From: a virus
Lineage: Duplodnaviria; Caudoviricetes
IMG/VR virus record: IMGVR_UViG_3300025018_000001
Reading direction: 5' to 3' (one strand)
Length of the DNA: 64,000 bases
Every line of letters starts with the position of its first letter. Within the stretch, counting starts at the first letter, position 1. This document shows, piece by piece, positions 9,748-19,115 of the stretch. A program made the position numbers and the translations under genes. Under the pieces are notes generated by a model. It saw only the letters and a list, made by a program, of their open reading frames with translations. It did not search any database and was not told where the DNA came from.

Positions 9748-10389
9748 TTAATTACTTCTGATGCCCTGCCAGGTGGGTGTATAGGGGATTGCTGAATATA
9801 TAATTACCTGTCCAGACGGAGCACTAACTTGTGTACCTGCTGTATTTACAAAAACCATATTCAGTACTTGAAAGTAGTCAGTACTTTTTGATAACATCAT
9901 TTTGGTATAATCTGGGATGGCCATAGGATTAGTAAATTCAAACGTGGGAGTTGTTGTTATGTAAACCTTTGTTCCATCTATTGTAGTTGGATTCTCAGTA
10001 CACCAACTTAGACCAAAAGTCGTAGAAGATACTGTTATGAAGAAGTCTTGTATGAATGCTACAGTCTGTAGATTATTCTGGTCCACACCTTTAACTATTA
10101 CCTTGTAATATCCAGGTTCTAAATTATCATATCTTAAATTATTATAATCAGTAGGTTTACTACCTAATAAAGTTAATGTGGTATTACCACAAGAATCACC
10201 TAGAGTTACTTTATGCATTTCTACAAAAAAGGAACTATAGGTGACTATGGTATCTTTCCAAAATACAAATAAAGTTTTAGCCTCAAAATTATAATCCCCG
10301 TATACATCAACACTTAATGTTTCAGAGTATACGGGTTTTACTAATGAAAGCAAAAACACCACCATTATAAGTAGTTTGCGTATCACCAA
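9748..10389 (-). CDS. Secreted beta-rich protein
   Basis: Signal peptide then beta-sandwich-like composition. Confidence 0.5.
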   Translation of the reverse strand: MVIRKLLIMVVFLLSLVKPVYSETLSVDVYGDYNFEAKTLFVFWKDTIVTYSSFFVEMHKVTLGDSCGNTTLTLLGSKPTDYNNLRYDNLEPGYYKVIVKGVDQNNLQTVAFIQDFFITVSSTTFGLSWCTENPTTIDGTKVYITTTPTFEFTNPMAIPDYTKMMLSKSTDYFQVLNMVFVNTAGTQVSAPSGQVIIYSAIPYTPTWQGIRSN

Positions 10390-10390
10390 T

Positions 10391-10726
10391 TTATTCCTTC
10401 AAGTGAATACCAGATGGAAGAGGTGGTAATGTTTTTGCGTAAGAGAAAGGGACGGCTGTAGAACTTCCCCACATATTTGTGTAAGTTACGGCAACAACGT
10501 TGTTACCATTAACGGAAGAGGCTATATCGAATACGCAAATACTTTTGGTGTCATCTTCTTGTGCGATAGGTGCTACATCCACAGCTGATCCACTATTCAA
10601 TGTAAATTTACATGTAGTTACGACATCAGACGGGAATTCTCCAGTTACAGCAAATGGAGCAGCTACAACAGGAGAGGCAAAGCATACTACAAACAACATA
10701 GCTATACAACTAAGTAGTTTTTTCAT
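10391..10726 (-). CDS. Secreted small Ig/FnIII-like protein
   Basis: MKKLL signal peptide, two Cys, beta-strand pattern, C-terminal PPLPSG. Confidence 0.5.
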   Translation of the reverse strand: MKKLLSCIAMLFVVCFASPVVAAPFAVTGEFPSDVVTTCKFTLNSGSAVDVAPIAQEDDTKSICVFDIASSVNGNNVVAVTYTNMWGSSTAVPFSYAKTLPPLPSGIHLKE

Positions 10727-10825
10727 ATTTTTCCTCATTAATAAAATTAATAAAATGTTACCTGAATGTGATAAAAACTAACTTACCACACTTATAGTAA
10801 GTAAGTTAGTTTATTTTAATATAAC

Positions 10826-12103
10826 CTAAAAAGTCTTGTCCTGTAGTTTTTCGGCTAACTCTAGTAAAGCACTTCTATAAGAATATTTTAAATTAACATA
10901 TGCCAATGATGGGTGAGGTAAGGCTCTAAGTAACTTGAGTAAACCACTATTGGAAGGCTTAACACTATAACTCTGGATTAAGTCTCCAGTCATAATTATC
11001 TTTGACTCCTCCGTGGCCCTACTTAAACAAGCTGATACTAAGTCTATTGTACATAGCTGGACCTCATCAAGTAATAAATAGTCATCCATTAAACTCAAAC
11101 CTTGTATACTATTTATGTCTATAAGTTCAAAAAACTTATTAAACAATTCTGTCTTTACAAAGTCAAATGATTTACCCTCTTTAGATTGCCCTTTAGTGTT
11201 ACCATAAAGATAATATAACGAACTAAGGAAACCCATTGCCCAAGAAAACAATTTATCATCAGTTGTTCCAGGAAGGAACCCAATGTTATACCTATGGTCT
11301 ATCCCTATAGGAGGCCTACTTATAAATGTCTTTTTATTGTTTGTAGCTAAAGCATAAGCTGAACTAATTAAACTTTTACCTGAACCCCATTTACCTGTTA
11401 TCAAAACATTATCAGCGTTGGCCAAAGCGTAGAAGGCACATATCTGATAAACATCTTTTGATTTTAATTTAAAGCTTGGACCTTCTATAACTCTATATTT
11501 TGGATTGTTGTCAATGCGCTCAAACATAAATGTTTTTGGATTATTTGCATATACTGCTATGTCTTCTCCTAAAGGGTCTTGAACAAACAAAAAGAACCAG
11601 CTATGTCTCGTAGCCTTCTTAATATGTTCAATCCAACCAACCAAGTCATCATAACTTTTATCGTAATATTTTTGTAGAAAACAAAAATCTTTTGGTAAAT
11701 CAGCTTCTTTCATGTAGACATACGGATCAAATATTCCGTTGGCTATATTACCATACATTTTAACTGGTACACCTTTACTTTCAGCTATGATACTCATGGA
11801 TATATCTTTAGTAGCTAAAGACGCGCCTGTCTGTTTAGCTGCTGAGATAATTAAATCATCATTACTTGATATGTCCTGAGTATTAACTACAAACTCAATA
11901 ACACCTGGATTGGTCTTTTGGAACTCTTTAATAGAGTTAATAGCTGCCCTGGCAGAGAAAGATAAGTCTGGATTGACTTTATGCTTATCTAATTCTTTTA
12001 ACACCACTGCTGATAAAACTATACTAGTATACTCTTTATGAAGTTTAAAAAGAATATTAGGGTCATCCAACAGTAAGTTAGTATCTACAAGTATTTTCGA
12101 CAT
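10826..12103 (-). CDS. phoH: PIN-PhoH family ATPase
   Basis: N-terminal PIN (VDTNLL, VLKELD, SNDDLI, TKD); C-terminal GKWGSGKS, GFLPG, DEVQ, IIMTGDL.Q, YRS. Confidence 0.88.
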   Translation of the reverse strand: MSKILVDTNLLLDDPNILFKLHKEYTSIVLSAVVLKELDKHKVNPDLSFSARAAINSIKEFQKTNPGVIEFVVNTQDISSNDDLIISAAKQTGASLATKDISMSIIAESKGVPVKMYGNIANGIFDPYVYMKEADLPKDFCFLQKYYDKSYDDLVGWIEHIKKATRHSWFFLFVQDPLGEDIAVYANNPKTFMFERIDNNPKYRVIEGPSFKLKSKDVYQICAFYALANADNVLITGKWGSGKSLISSAYALATNNKKTFISRPPIGIDHRYNIGFLPGTTDDKLFSWAMGFLSSLYYLYGNTKGQSKEGKSFDFVKTELFNKFFELIDINSIQGLSLMDDYLLLDEVQLCTIDLVSACLSRATEESKIIMTGDLIQSYSVKPSNSGLLKLLRALPHPSLAYVNLKYSYRSALLELAEKLQDKTF

Positions 12104-12146
12104 TGAGCCTCCAAAATAGAAAGGCGCCAATACTTAATTAAAAGTA

Positions 12147-12593
12147 CTAGCGCCCGTTAGTAGTAGTGCCTGGAATGTTACTAAAAAACCAAATATAAAT
12201 CCAAGCGATTAAAAAAACAATTAAACTGGATGTCACGATGACATAAAGTTTTCTTACTAAATTGTATATGTAGGTTACTCTTGGTACTTGAAAATTAGAA
12301 TAGATTTGTATAAACAACTCATACAGACGCTGTTCCATTAACTGTAAGTCATGTATTACTACTATACCAAACATTATAAGTGATAGTAAAATAAAAGATA
12401 CAAATATTCCTATAGGAAAGTACATACCGTTTGCTTGAAATTGCTCGCGGGCTGGATAAACTTTGCCAAGAAGCGTTAATATAAATACAGAAGAAGACAA
12501 CCACCAGGCTAATCCTGAACTCCAAGTAAGAGTAATTAAAGAGAAACTATTACTAATTACTATTTTAGATACTTCAATATCTGTAGGAGTCAT
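12147..12593 (-). CDS. Membrane protein (3 TM)
   Basis: Hydrophobic segments. Confidence 0.55.
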   Translation of the reverse strand: MTPTDIEVSKIVISNSFSLITLTWSSGLAWWLSSSVFILTLLGKVYPAREQFQANGMYFPIGIFVSFILLSLIMFGIVVIHDLQLMEQRLYELFIQIYSNFQVPRVTYIYNLVRKLYVIVTSSLIVFLIAWIYIWFFSNIPGTTTNGR

Positions 12594-12997
12594 TAATGCT
12601 TAACTTTTTTTGTGGCGTCAGTTTTAATACTAGGTACTTCGTAAGACTTTACTTCTTGATTATTAGATTGTGCTTCACTATTAATATCCTTATTATTTTT
12701 CCTTATTAATGAGGAATTACTTAATAATAAATTTGTTAAGCTATTCATCTGGTTTTTTACATCAATGTTTAGGTCTTTTACTGATGTAGATAGATCACTA
12801 AAATCTGATTTCATTTCTGATAATATTTCGTCATGTCCTGCTTCTTTTAAAGCAAACTTTTCGAATGTCTTGTTTTGTAGAGTTTGTAACACATTAATTC
12901 TTGAGTCCATGTGAAAATACAAACCTGTCATTGTTGCCATGTAGATTATTATAATGTACACGGCAAACTTTTCTATTTTTAGTGCTAAGCTTGTCAT
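12593..12997 (-). CDS. Membrane-anchored coiled-coil protein
   Basis: One N-terminal TM then heptad pattern. Confidence 0.55.
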   Translation of the reverse strand: MTSLALKIEKFAVYIIIIYMATMTGLYFHMDSRINVLQTLQNKTFEKFALKEAGHDEILSEMKSDFSDLSTSVKDLNIDVKNQMNSLTNLLLSNSSLIRKNNKDINSEAQSNNQEVKSYEVPSIKTDATKKVKH

Positions 12998-13148
12998 GAT
13001 GTTTGTATCTCCAAAATTAAGTAAAATTATAAGTGGTACTCACAATATACTTCCCTCACACTTATTACAGGTTACTTTAATTGAGATATTACTACTATAT
13101 GTACTATATACTACAGTTGTGCATTGTTTTGCACAATATTGTGCGTTA

Positions 13149-13496
13149 TCAGTTAGTTGATAGTAAACTGTTTTTATATAAATTTTTAATTAATCTAACT
13201 TCCTCAATAAAACCATCTATATTCTCTGAATTTGCAATGATAGCACCAGCCGCTAGTTCGAATAGGGTGCTTTGTTTGGAAGTTAACAATTCAAGTTCTG
13301 ATCTTTTCTGTGCTATAATCTGTTGTTCCCAATTATCTAAAACTAGATCTACAAAAGCTTCCTTATTAGGCATAGCTGAAATTAATTCCCTAAACATTAC
13401 TAACGTAATAGTTTCAATAAAGTCGTTAGTGATTTGTCTGGGTTTGTTGGTTAGTTTAGATAATTCGTACATAATTTTAGCGCTGTTTTCATCCAT
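13149..13496 (-). CDS. Hypothetical protein
   Basis: ORF with AGGAG RBS. Confidence 0.55.
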   Translation of the reverse strand: MDENSAKIMYELSKLTNKPRQITNDFIETITLVMFRELISAMPNKEAFVDLVLDNWEQQIIAQKRSELELLTSKQSTLFELAAGAIIANSENIDGFIEEVRLIKNLYKNSLLSTN

Positions 13497-13509
13497 TGTA
13501 ATTCTCCTA

Positions 13510-13713
13510 TTAGTTTTTGTTAGTTGGATCTAAAATACTTAAACGTCTGTTAGTTAGATCGTAAGATAGGTCATCAGCGAAAGATACATCATCTATTATG
13601 ATAAAATCAATTGTTTTACCTCTAAGACTAGAGGATCTAAGATTAGACTCAACTACATCAATGTTTGTGTAGTTATTTTTATTACTATTTCGTCTAAAAC
13701 ATTTCAAACCCAT
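13510..13713 (-). CDS. Small protein containing a Walker-B-like segment
   Basis: SSSLRGKTIDFIIIDD; AAGGAG RBS. Confidence 0.4.
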   Translation of the reverse strand: MGLKCFRRNSNKNNYTNIDVVESNLRSSSLRGKTIDFIIIDDVSFADDLSYDLTNRRLSILDPTNKN

Positions 13714-13762
13714 AATTACTCCTTACTAGTTATTGTACTACTTGGCTGTTTCAATAAAACTA

Positions 13763-13791
13763 ATTATACATCATTAGTACCTACTTGTCAA
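13763..13791 (-). promoter_or_regulatory. Consensus sigma70 promoter
   Basis: Minus strand TTGACA (13791-13786), 17-nt spacer ending TG, TATAAT (13768-13763). Confidence 0.8.
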
Positions 13792-13929
13792 TGTTTATGT
13801 ACTATATTTATTACTACTATAGAAGGTTACTAAGAAGAGATGTTTTATAAGTTGTTAACTACATTAACATATAATAACTAATATAACATGTATTTGTTGT
13901 TATGTAGTTGTTGTACTACATAACTTGAT

Positions 13930-14215
13930 AGAGAGAGTGCAGTGAGTACTTATGCCCCCCCATGTACGAAGATTAAAAAATAATACATCGCACAAGAGGG
14001 GCAGAAGAAACTTGATTAACTTGACGTCGATCGTTTGTTTCGTTTAAGGGGAATAACGTGCCCAGGTCTACCTTTACCACGCAGAGACTAGTCCTATCAC
14101 CAAGTCTCTTACCCCTTATTCTGGATGTTTCCATCTAGGACGGCTGGATGCAATTTACGCACCCTGTCAGGGTTTCCCTATTAATTTCATAGCCGGGCGA
14201 CGCTATACCTGCAAA
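13930..14215 (-). ncRNA. Structured non-coding RNA, cobalamin-riboswitch-like ends
   Basis: GC-rich ORF-free island. G.U pairs and a GAAA tetraloop favour the minus strand. CAGGT-hairpin-TTAATAGGGAA at the 5' end, AGACCTG closing strand 149 nt later, and further long stems. Confidence 0.5.
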
Positions 14216-14314
14216 GCAATTTATTTATTGTTTTAATTAAATAATTCCTAATGCACCCTCAAAGGCTTTACAAAATCAGAGGGATTTAAATATTAAGATA
14301 AGTATGTATATAAC

Positions 14315-14343
14315 AGCGTAACAAAAAAATTCTATAAAGTCAA
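14315..14343 (-). promoter_or_regulatory. Sigma70-like promoter upstream of the structured RNA
   Basis: TTGACT-17 nt-TACGCT on the minus strand. Confidence 0.45.
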
Positions 14344-14346
14344 TAC

Positions 14347-14979
14347 TTATTTTATTAACTCTTCTCTAGAACCTAAACTATCAATCGCATAATGGCAATC
14401 TATAAAGGTTGCATTTATATTTCCAGCGTTGGCGTCTGTGCGTGCTAATTTTATTTGTATCATAGAGGATAAACCTTTACCTGTAGTTGATATATCCCCA
14501 AGACGTGATATTTGGTTTAATGTACCAGAGGTATAAGTAAAAGAATTAACACCTGCAGTGGCAGTATTAACTACTATATTAGATGACCATGTAGTTACTT
14601 TAGGTTGGCCTTGTCCCTGAACACGGTATTTAAAGGTAAATGTTCTCGCTACTGCAGAAGGTTGCTCCCAATGGATATGTAGTTTTAGTGGTGTATCTAA
14701 TACAGCTCTATGGCGTAGTTGCAATGTGATATCTACTATATCACCTAAAGTAGTTATAGACCCATCTGGCTGAAGCACTACACACTGCTCATCAAAATCA
14801 TAATCAGCTTTTCCTGCTACTGAGTATAGGTTAGCCCCTGTTATAGGTCCTTGTAGATCATCATACGCTGTAGCGGAGCCTTCTAGTTTCATTGAACCAT
14901 CTGGTTCTATTGTGAGTCTATCAACACCATTTCCTATATGTAGTGGGTTAGTTAAAGCTGTTACATCTATGTTTGTCAT
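14347..14979 (-). CDS. Probable virion structural protein
   Basis: T/G/S-rich beta protein, next to other tail-like ORFs. Confidence 0.45.
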   Translation of the reverse strand: MTNIDVTALTNPLHIGNGVDRLTIEPDGSMKLEGSATAYDDLQGPITGANLYSVAGKADYDFDEQCVVLQPDGSITTLGDIVDITLQLRHRAVLDTPLKLHIHWEQPSAVARTFTFKYRVQGQGQPKVTTWSSNIVVNTATAGVNSFTYTSGTLNQISRLGDISTTGKGLSSMIQIKLARTDANAGNINATFIDCHYAIDSLGSREELIK

Positions 14980-14981
14980 AT

Positions 14982-15440
14982 CTATGCTCCAATTGTAAGA
15001 TTATCACCATTAGATACTAAGAAACTTCCATCACCGTCTACTAGATAAATTGTGTTTATTATTATCTTTAGGTATTCTATGATGTGAGCAGCGTGCTCAC
15101 CAGTTTGCGCTTCTGAATAAACTAATACACCACGGCTTCCTGCAAAGAATGTGGGGCCGCTACCAAAGTTTTTTAAAGTTAATCCCGTAATTACTTTTGG
15201 TACACCTGTTGATGTGTATAAGGTATGATCTACATCATTAACCCACCCTGAATAAGTTCTATAATCATCAGAGTCCGGTAATGTGTAGGTGTCTGTATCA
15301 CCTATATAGTTTGTGGAAGAACCACTAACGTGTATTATGTCGTAGCCCCCAATAACACCTATTAGGGGTTTGTTTAACCCAACTATTAAGTGTCTATTAG
15401 GTAATATATGATGTCGTTTTAATAGTCCGAATTGAAGCAT
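14982..15440 (-). CDS. Hypothetical (possibly structural) protein
   Basis: ORF in operon. Confidence 0.5.
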   Translation of the reverse strand: MLQFGLLKRHHILPNRHLIVGLNKPLIGVIGGYDIIHVSGSSTNYIGDTDTYTLPDSDDYRTYSGWVNDVDHTLYTSTGVPKVITGLTLKNFGSGPTFFAGSRGVLVYSEAQTGEHAAHIIEYLKIIINTIYLVDGDGSFLVSNGDNLTIGA

Positions 15441-15442
15441 GA

Positions 15443-15700
15443 TTAAGCCAAATGAAATTTGCCGGAACTGGCTGGTTCATTGAGAGTTATTGTGTCTGCG
15501 CCATCAACTGTGAAGCTGTCTCCTTCTACTAAAGCTACTACTGTCTCTGTACCATCTTCCCAATTTAATGTTATATTACCATCTATAGCACAATATATTA
15601 AGTTTGCTTCAAAACTACCAGAGGTTAAATTAATGAACCCCTTCCTTAAGGGCATTGCTTGTACAACATTATTTTTACCAGTATAAGATAGTGTCTCCAT
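15443..15700 (-). CDS. Hypothetical protein
   Basis: AGGAGAG RBS. Confidence 0.55.
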   Translation of the reverse strand: METLSYTGKNNVVQAMPLRKGFINLTSGSFEANLIYCAIDGNITLNWEDGTETVVALVEGDSFTVDGADTITLNEPASSGKFHLA

Positions 15701-15794
15701 CTTCTCTCCTATATGTATTTAGACTTTTATAGAATAAAAGGCACTCTTTAGAAGCAGTGCCTTAATATAGTTACTTAATTAAATCATTTTTTTT

Positions 15795-16265
15795 TTATTC
15801 TTGACTTATGGACCTATCTAGTCTCACCTTAGCCGTTGCGTTAACTATTTCAACAACTTTCCAGGCTACAACCAGCTTATCACTATCCAACATAGGTGTA
15901 GAATCAATTTGCTGCATCAAACTAGCCTTTACAAGAACAATCAAATCATTAAATGATTGCAGAGTAAGTGGGTCTAGATCCAGTTTTGCAACCTCGGCGC
16001 CCAAGATGGAATCTAAATTAGCCAAGTCTACTATATCCATAGTACTACCTTCTTTCAATGCTAATAGCACGTTAGTGACTTGGAACGACGGTACAATCAA
16101 CTTAGGATTAGCGGCCATAGTAGCCCCAACAGATAACTGAATCAAAGCTGACTCTACGGGGTCTACTTTACCGTCACCAATTGTAGATGTTCCATCAGTG
16201 GCGCAACCTTGCAACACCAAAAACACACTTAATACCAAACCTAATACTAATTGCTTTATCTTCAT
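15795..16265 (-). CDS. Lipoprotein
   Basis: Signal peptide with lipobox LQGC. Confidence 0.65.
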   Translation of the reverse strand: MKIKQLVLGLVLSVFLVLQGCATDGTSTIGDGKVDPVESALIQLSVGATMAANPKLIVPSFQVTNVLLALKEGSTMDIVDLANLDSILGAEVAKLDLDPLTLQSFNDLIVLVKASLMQQIDSTPMLDSDKLVVAWKVVEIVNATAKVRLDRSISQE

Positions 16266-16306
16266 TCTGTTCTCCTTTACTTAATTATAATTAGACTGAT
16301 TGAGGT

Positions 16307-16492
16307 TTATTCCTCAGGATAGTACTTCTTATTCAGCCTAACTAGTTGCCTTTCGGCTTCTTCACGCATATCATATTCCTTTGTAACAGCGGTCTCTTCT
16401 TTATCATTTACGACCACTCTATATTTATAATTCTTAGGATTCAACGAAACTCTAAACCACGGTTGTTTTAAATCAGGTATTTTAACTTTCAT
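16307..16492 (-). CDS. Hypothetical protein
   Basis: First gene left of the divergence region. Confidence 0.5.
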   Translation of the reverse strand: MKVKIPDLKQPWFRVSLNPKNYKYRVVVNDKEETAVTKEYDMREEAERQLVRLNKKYYPEE

Positions 16493-16499
16493 ACGCCGC

Positions 16500-17340
16500 C
16501 CACTGTGCCAGGTTTATACATACGCTCTCCTCTCTTATTAATTATTTAACTTCTTTACTCCTTTTATATATCTCAGTTAGTTAATTTGTACGGCAAGTTT
16601 TGGGCTTTTCGACGCACACATATCTCCCCTCTCCACACGACCACTAGTAGCCCAACACGCGGCTAGAGGCGAAATAAGGTACCATCACGACCAGTACCAC
16701 TAATAGCATAGTAGTAGATACTCATAGTACAAATAAACAGATAGGGGAGGATTTAGGGGATGCTATGGTACTCTATTATTACTACTACTATTCTACTATA
16801 ATTATTGTACTACATGGCTGATTCAATAAAATCTATTTAGGAAGCGCTAATAGTACCTTGAACCTTAACGACGTCTGATTCAATAAAAAAAGATTGATCT
16901 AATATAATAGTAGTAATATACATAGTAGTATAGTTATAGTACTATTATCTATAAAGGAAAGAGGACATACATCCATAACTGATACTATTTTAGTATTAAG
17001 GTGCAATTATGGTACTTTAGGCTGTTACAAAGACTACTGTATTACTATGGTACTGGTACAAAGACTACTTTATACCACTAGTACTATATTATTACTACCT
17101 ATGGTGGTTGTCTGTACCTCAACGTGGCCCGGACGGAGGGTGGTGGTCGAACATGTAAAAAGAGCAAAAATTTATATTTAGGGGCACCCTTATAGTGGTA
17201 CATCGTTATTAGGGATATTCTTATTTTTATAGGGGCACTCTTTGTTCGGAGGCCTTTATAGTGGTACTCTTTTGGTGAGTAGATTTGAAGCAATCTTCTC
17301 AATTTTAACTAAAGCTTCTTAAAAATTTACATTTCCGGGG
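16500..17340. other. Non-coding divergence region, TAGTA/TACTA-rich low complexity
   Basis: No credible ORF; transcription diverges on either side; contains TAGTGGTAC boxes in both orientations (minus ~16692-16700; plus 17193, 17259). Confidence 0.6.
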
Positions 17341-17378
17341 GTTAACTACCCCCTCCCCCCTCTTAAAGGAGACATATC

Positions 17379-17666
17379 ATGTCAGAAATCATCTTAGTTC
17401 AAGTTGCCAAGTCAGTTTTCAAATCTTCTAACGGTTTCACCTTTGATTTCAGCTCTCCAGGTCATTTGGCGTACTTAAAGACCCCAAAAGGGTCTTATAT
17501 GATCAACAGAGACTGTTTGGATGCTGATTTACGTGGAACTTCCACCTGCCGACGATATATTGGCACCGTACCTGGTGATAAACACGAGTACGGTAACCGT
17601 TGGGACGTGTGTCTGTCCGTTATGAAACGCACAGCAGTGCTAACATGGTCCAAGAGTGTTAGATAA
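17379..17666 (+). CDS. Hypothetical early-type protein
   Basis: AAAGGAG RBS; first gene of the GC-richer block. Confidence 0.65.
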   Translation: MSEIILVQVAKSVFKSSNGFTFDFSSPGHLAYLKTPKGSYMINRDCLDADLRGTSTCRRYIGTVPGDKHEYGNRWDVCLSVMKRTAVLTWSKSVR

Positions 17667-17671
17667 TACTT

Positions 17672-17761
17672 AGCTGTACCAGCTTTTATAGTGGTACAGC
17701 TTTTTTGAAGGAGCAAGGCCCATTTCGGGCAACGCTCTAAAACTCCAATTAGGAGCTTGTT
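17672..17761 (+). promoter_or_regulatory. Repeated intergenic module copy 1 (type B leader)
   Basis: AGCTGTACCA/TGGTACAGCT hairpin + T6, box TAGTGGTAC-N9-G(17707), GAGC..GCCC-ATTTC-GGGC..GCTC, CTCC/GGAG hairpin over the SD. Confidence 0.8.
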
Positions 17762-17980
17762 ATGAAGATTGAAATCACCCAGGACGACCGTGGTTTTGAC
17801 GTTGTCACTATAGACGGCGTAGTAGCCTCAACTGACGTTGCGGCCATCATATTAGATGCTGTTGATTGCATCGAGACTTGCCAGTACAATGAGGCTAACG
17901 CCTCTTGGGGGCCAGAAGACGGTGGTAGCTGCCCATGTGGTGGTGTTACTTGCGATGGGACCTGTGAGCCACCGTTCTAA
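17762..17980 (+). CDS. Small Cys-rich acidic hypothetical protein
   Basis: Follows module RBS. Confidence 0.6.
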   Translation: MKIEITQDDRGFDVVTIDGVVASTDVAAIILDAVDCIETCQYNEANASWGPEDGGSCPCGGVTCDGTCEPPF

Positions 17981-17987
17981 TAAAAAT

Positions 17988-18084
17988 CAGGGCCAGCTTC
18001 CATAGTGGTCCTGTTTTTTTGAAGGAGCTAGCATATCGCTGGCTCTAAATCCCCATCGTGCCTAAAGGCACAAAGGAGTCTGTC
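17988..18084 (+). promoter_or_regulatory. Repeated intergenic module copy 2
   Basis: Hairpin+T7, TAGTGGTCC-N9-G(18021), GAGCTAGC-ATATC-GCTGGCTC, GTGCC/GGCAC, AAAGGAG. Confidence 0.85.
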
Positions 18085-18417
18085 ATGGCTAAAGTAAAAC
18101 ACGTTGTTAAACTCCGTGGCGTTGTTTCTACCTCTAACGGTATGGTTGTTGCCAAAACCCATCAGGCAAACGAGGTAGAGGAGTTCCACGGTGACACCCC
18201 TGAAGGGGTTACCCCTTTCGTAGCCAGCTACTTTAAGTTTGCTGGTTACAAAGATGAGAGAACTGGCGAGTACTGCGCCATGTTCTTGACTACACCCAAG
18301 GGCAGGTATGAACTTAAGTTCAATGCTGGCGCTGGTGTATGGCAATGTACTGCTAATGGCCGCAAGCTTCTTGTGACCATTAAGAAGGTGGTGGGTGAAC
18401 TCCGCTACTGGGCGTAA
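18085..18417 (+). CDS. Hypothetical protein
   Basis: Start re-set to MAKVKH after the module RBS. Confidence 0.65.
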   Translation: MAKVKHVVKLRGVVSTSNGMVVAKTHQANEVEEFHGDTPEGVTPFVASYFKFAGYKDERTGEYCAMFLTTPKGRYELKFNAGAGVWQCTANGRKLLVTIKKVVGELRYWA

Positions 18418-18422
18418 CCCTG

Positions 18423-18517
18423 AAACTGTACCAGCTTTCATAGTGGTACAGTTTTTTTGAGGGAGCTGGCATATCGCTGGCTCTATAATCCAACGCCTTC
18501 GGGCAAAGGAGTTTGTT
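18423..18517 (+). promoter_or_regulatory. Repeated intergenic module copy 3
   Basis: Hairpin+T7, TAGTGGTAC-N9-G(18459), GAGCTGGC-ATATC-GCTGGCTC, GCC-TTCG-GGC, AAAGGAG. Confidence 0.85.
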
Positions 18518-19012
18518 ATGATTACTGTTAAACTTACCGGCCACCTCTACGTTGGTAGTGCAATTGAGTCCTCTTCTGATTGTGGCACTTGTGACGGCGC
18601 ACGTTGCGAGGGATGTCACAAGCGTTGGGTATTCGAGGGCACCACCTACTACAGCTACGAGTCTGCCCTAGAAGCAGAGGCTAACAGCCTGTCTGCTTGG
18701 CAGTCACTGGTTCCTGGTGAGGAGCATCCCTCCAATCCTGAGTTCACCCTTAACGCTGATGGAGAGCTTGCAGCTCTTTGTTGGAGTTGGGAGAAGGGTG
18801 ACCATCTGGTGGTATGTAACCCAGATGCAGCAGCATACGACGCATTGTATGCTAAGGCGCTCAAGGCTACCGAGTTGTGGGTATCCTGCCCTTGTGTTGA
18901 CAAAGCAGACCATTGCTATGCCAACGACTGCAGCATCATGGGATGCAATGATTCCAGATGCAGATACGAGGTTGATTGTAAACAGCGCAAGGAGCGCAAG
19001 TGGTACATGTAG
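18518..19012 (+). CDS. Cys-rich hypothetical protein
   Basis: Multiple CxxC clusters; module RBS. Confidence 0.65.
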   Translation: MITVKLTGHLYVGSAIESSSDCGTCDGARCEGCHKRWVFEGTTYYSYESALEAEANSLSAWQSLVPGEEHPSNPEFTLNADGELAALCWSWEKGDHLVVCNPDAAAYDALYAKALKATELWVSCPCVDKADHCYANDCSIMGCNDSRCRYEVDCKQRKERKWYM

Positions 19013-19019
19013 TACCGAG

Positions 19020-19115
19020 ACAGGGCCAGCTTGTATAGTGGTCCTGTTTTTTTGAAGGAGTTGACATATCGTCAGCTCTAAAACCCAACGCTGCATAGCA
19101 GCAAAGGAGATTCAC
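19020..19115 (+). promoter_or_regulatory. Repeated intergenic module copy 4
   Basis: Hairpin+T, TAGTGGTCC-N9-G(19054), GAGTTGAC-ATATC-GTCAGCTC, GCTGC/GCAGC, AAAGGAG. Confidence 0.85.

Noticed and set aside
13930-14215. tmRNA, RNase P RNA or group I intron
   Set aside because: No tRNA-like GGGG...TTCGA...CCACCA ends and no GAGGAAAGUCC. The plus-strand GCAGAGACTA is directly followed by GTCC, leaving no room for P8, and G.U pairs favour the minus strand.
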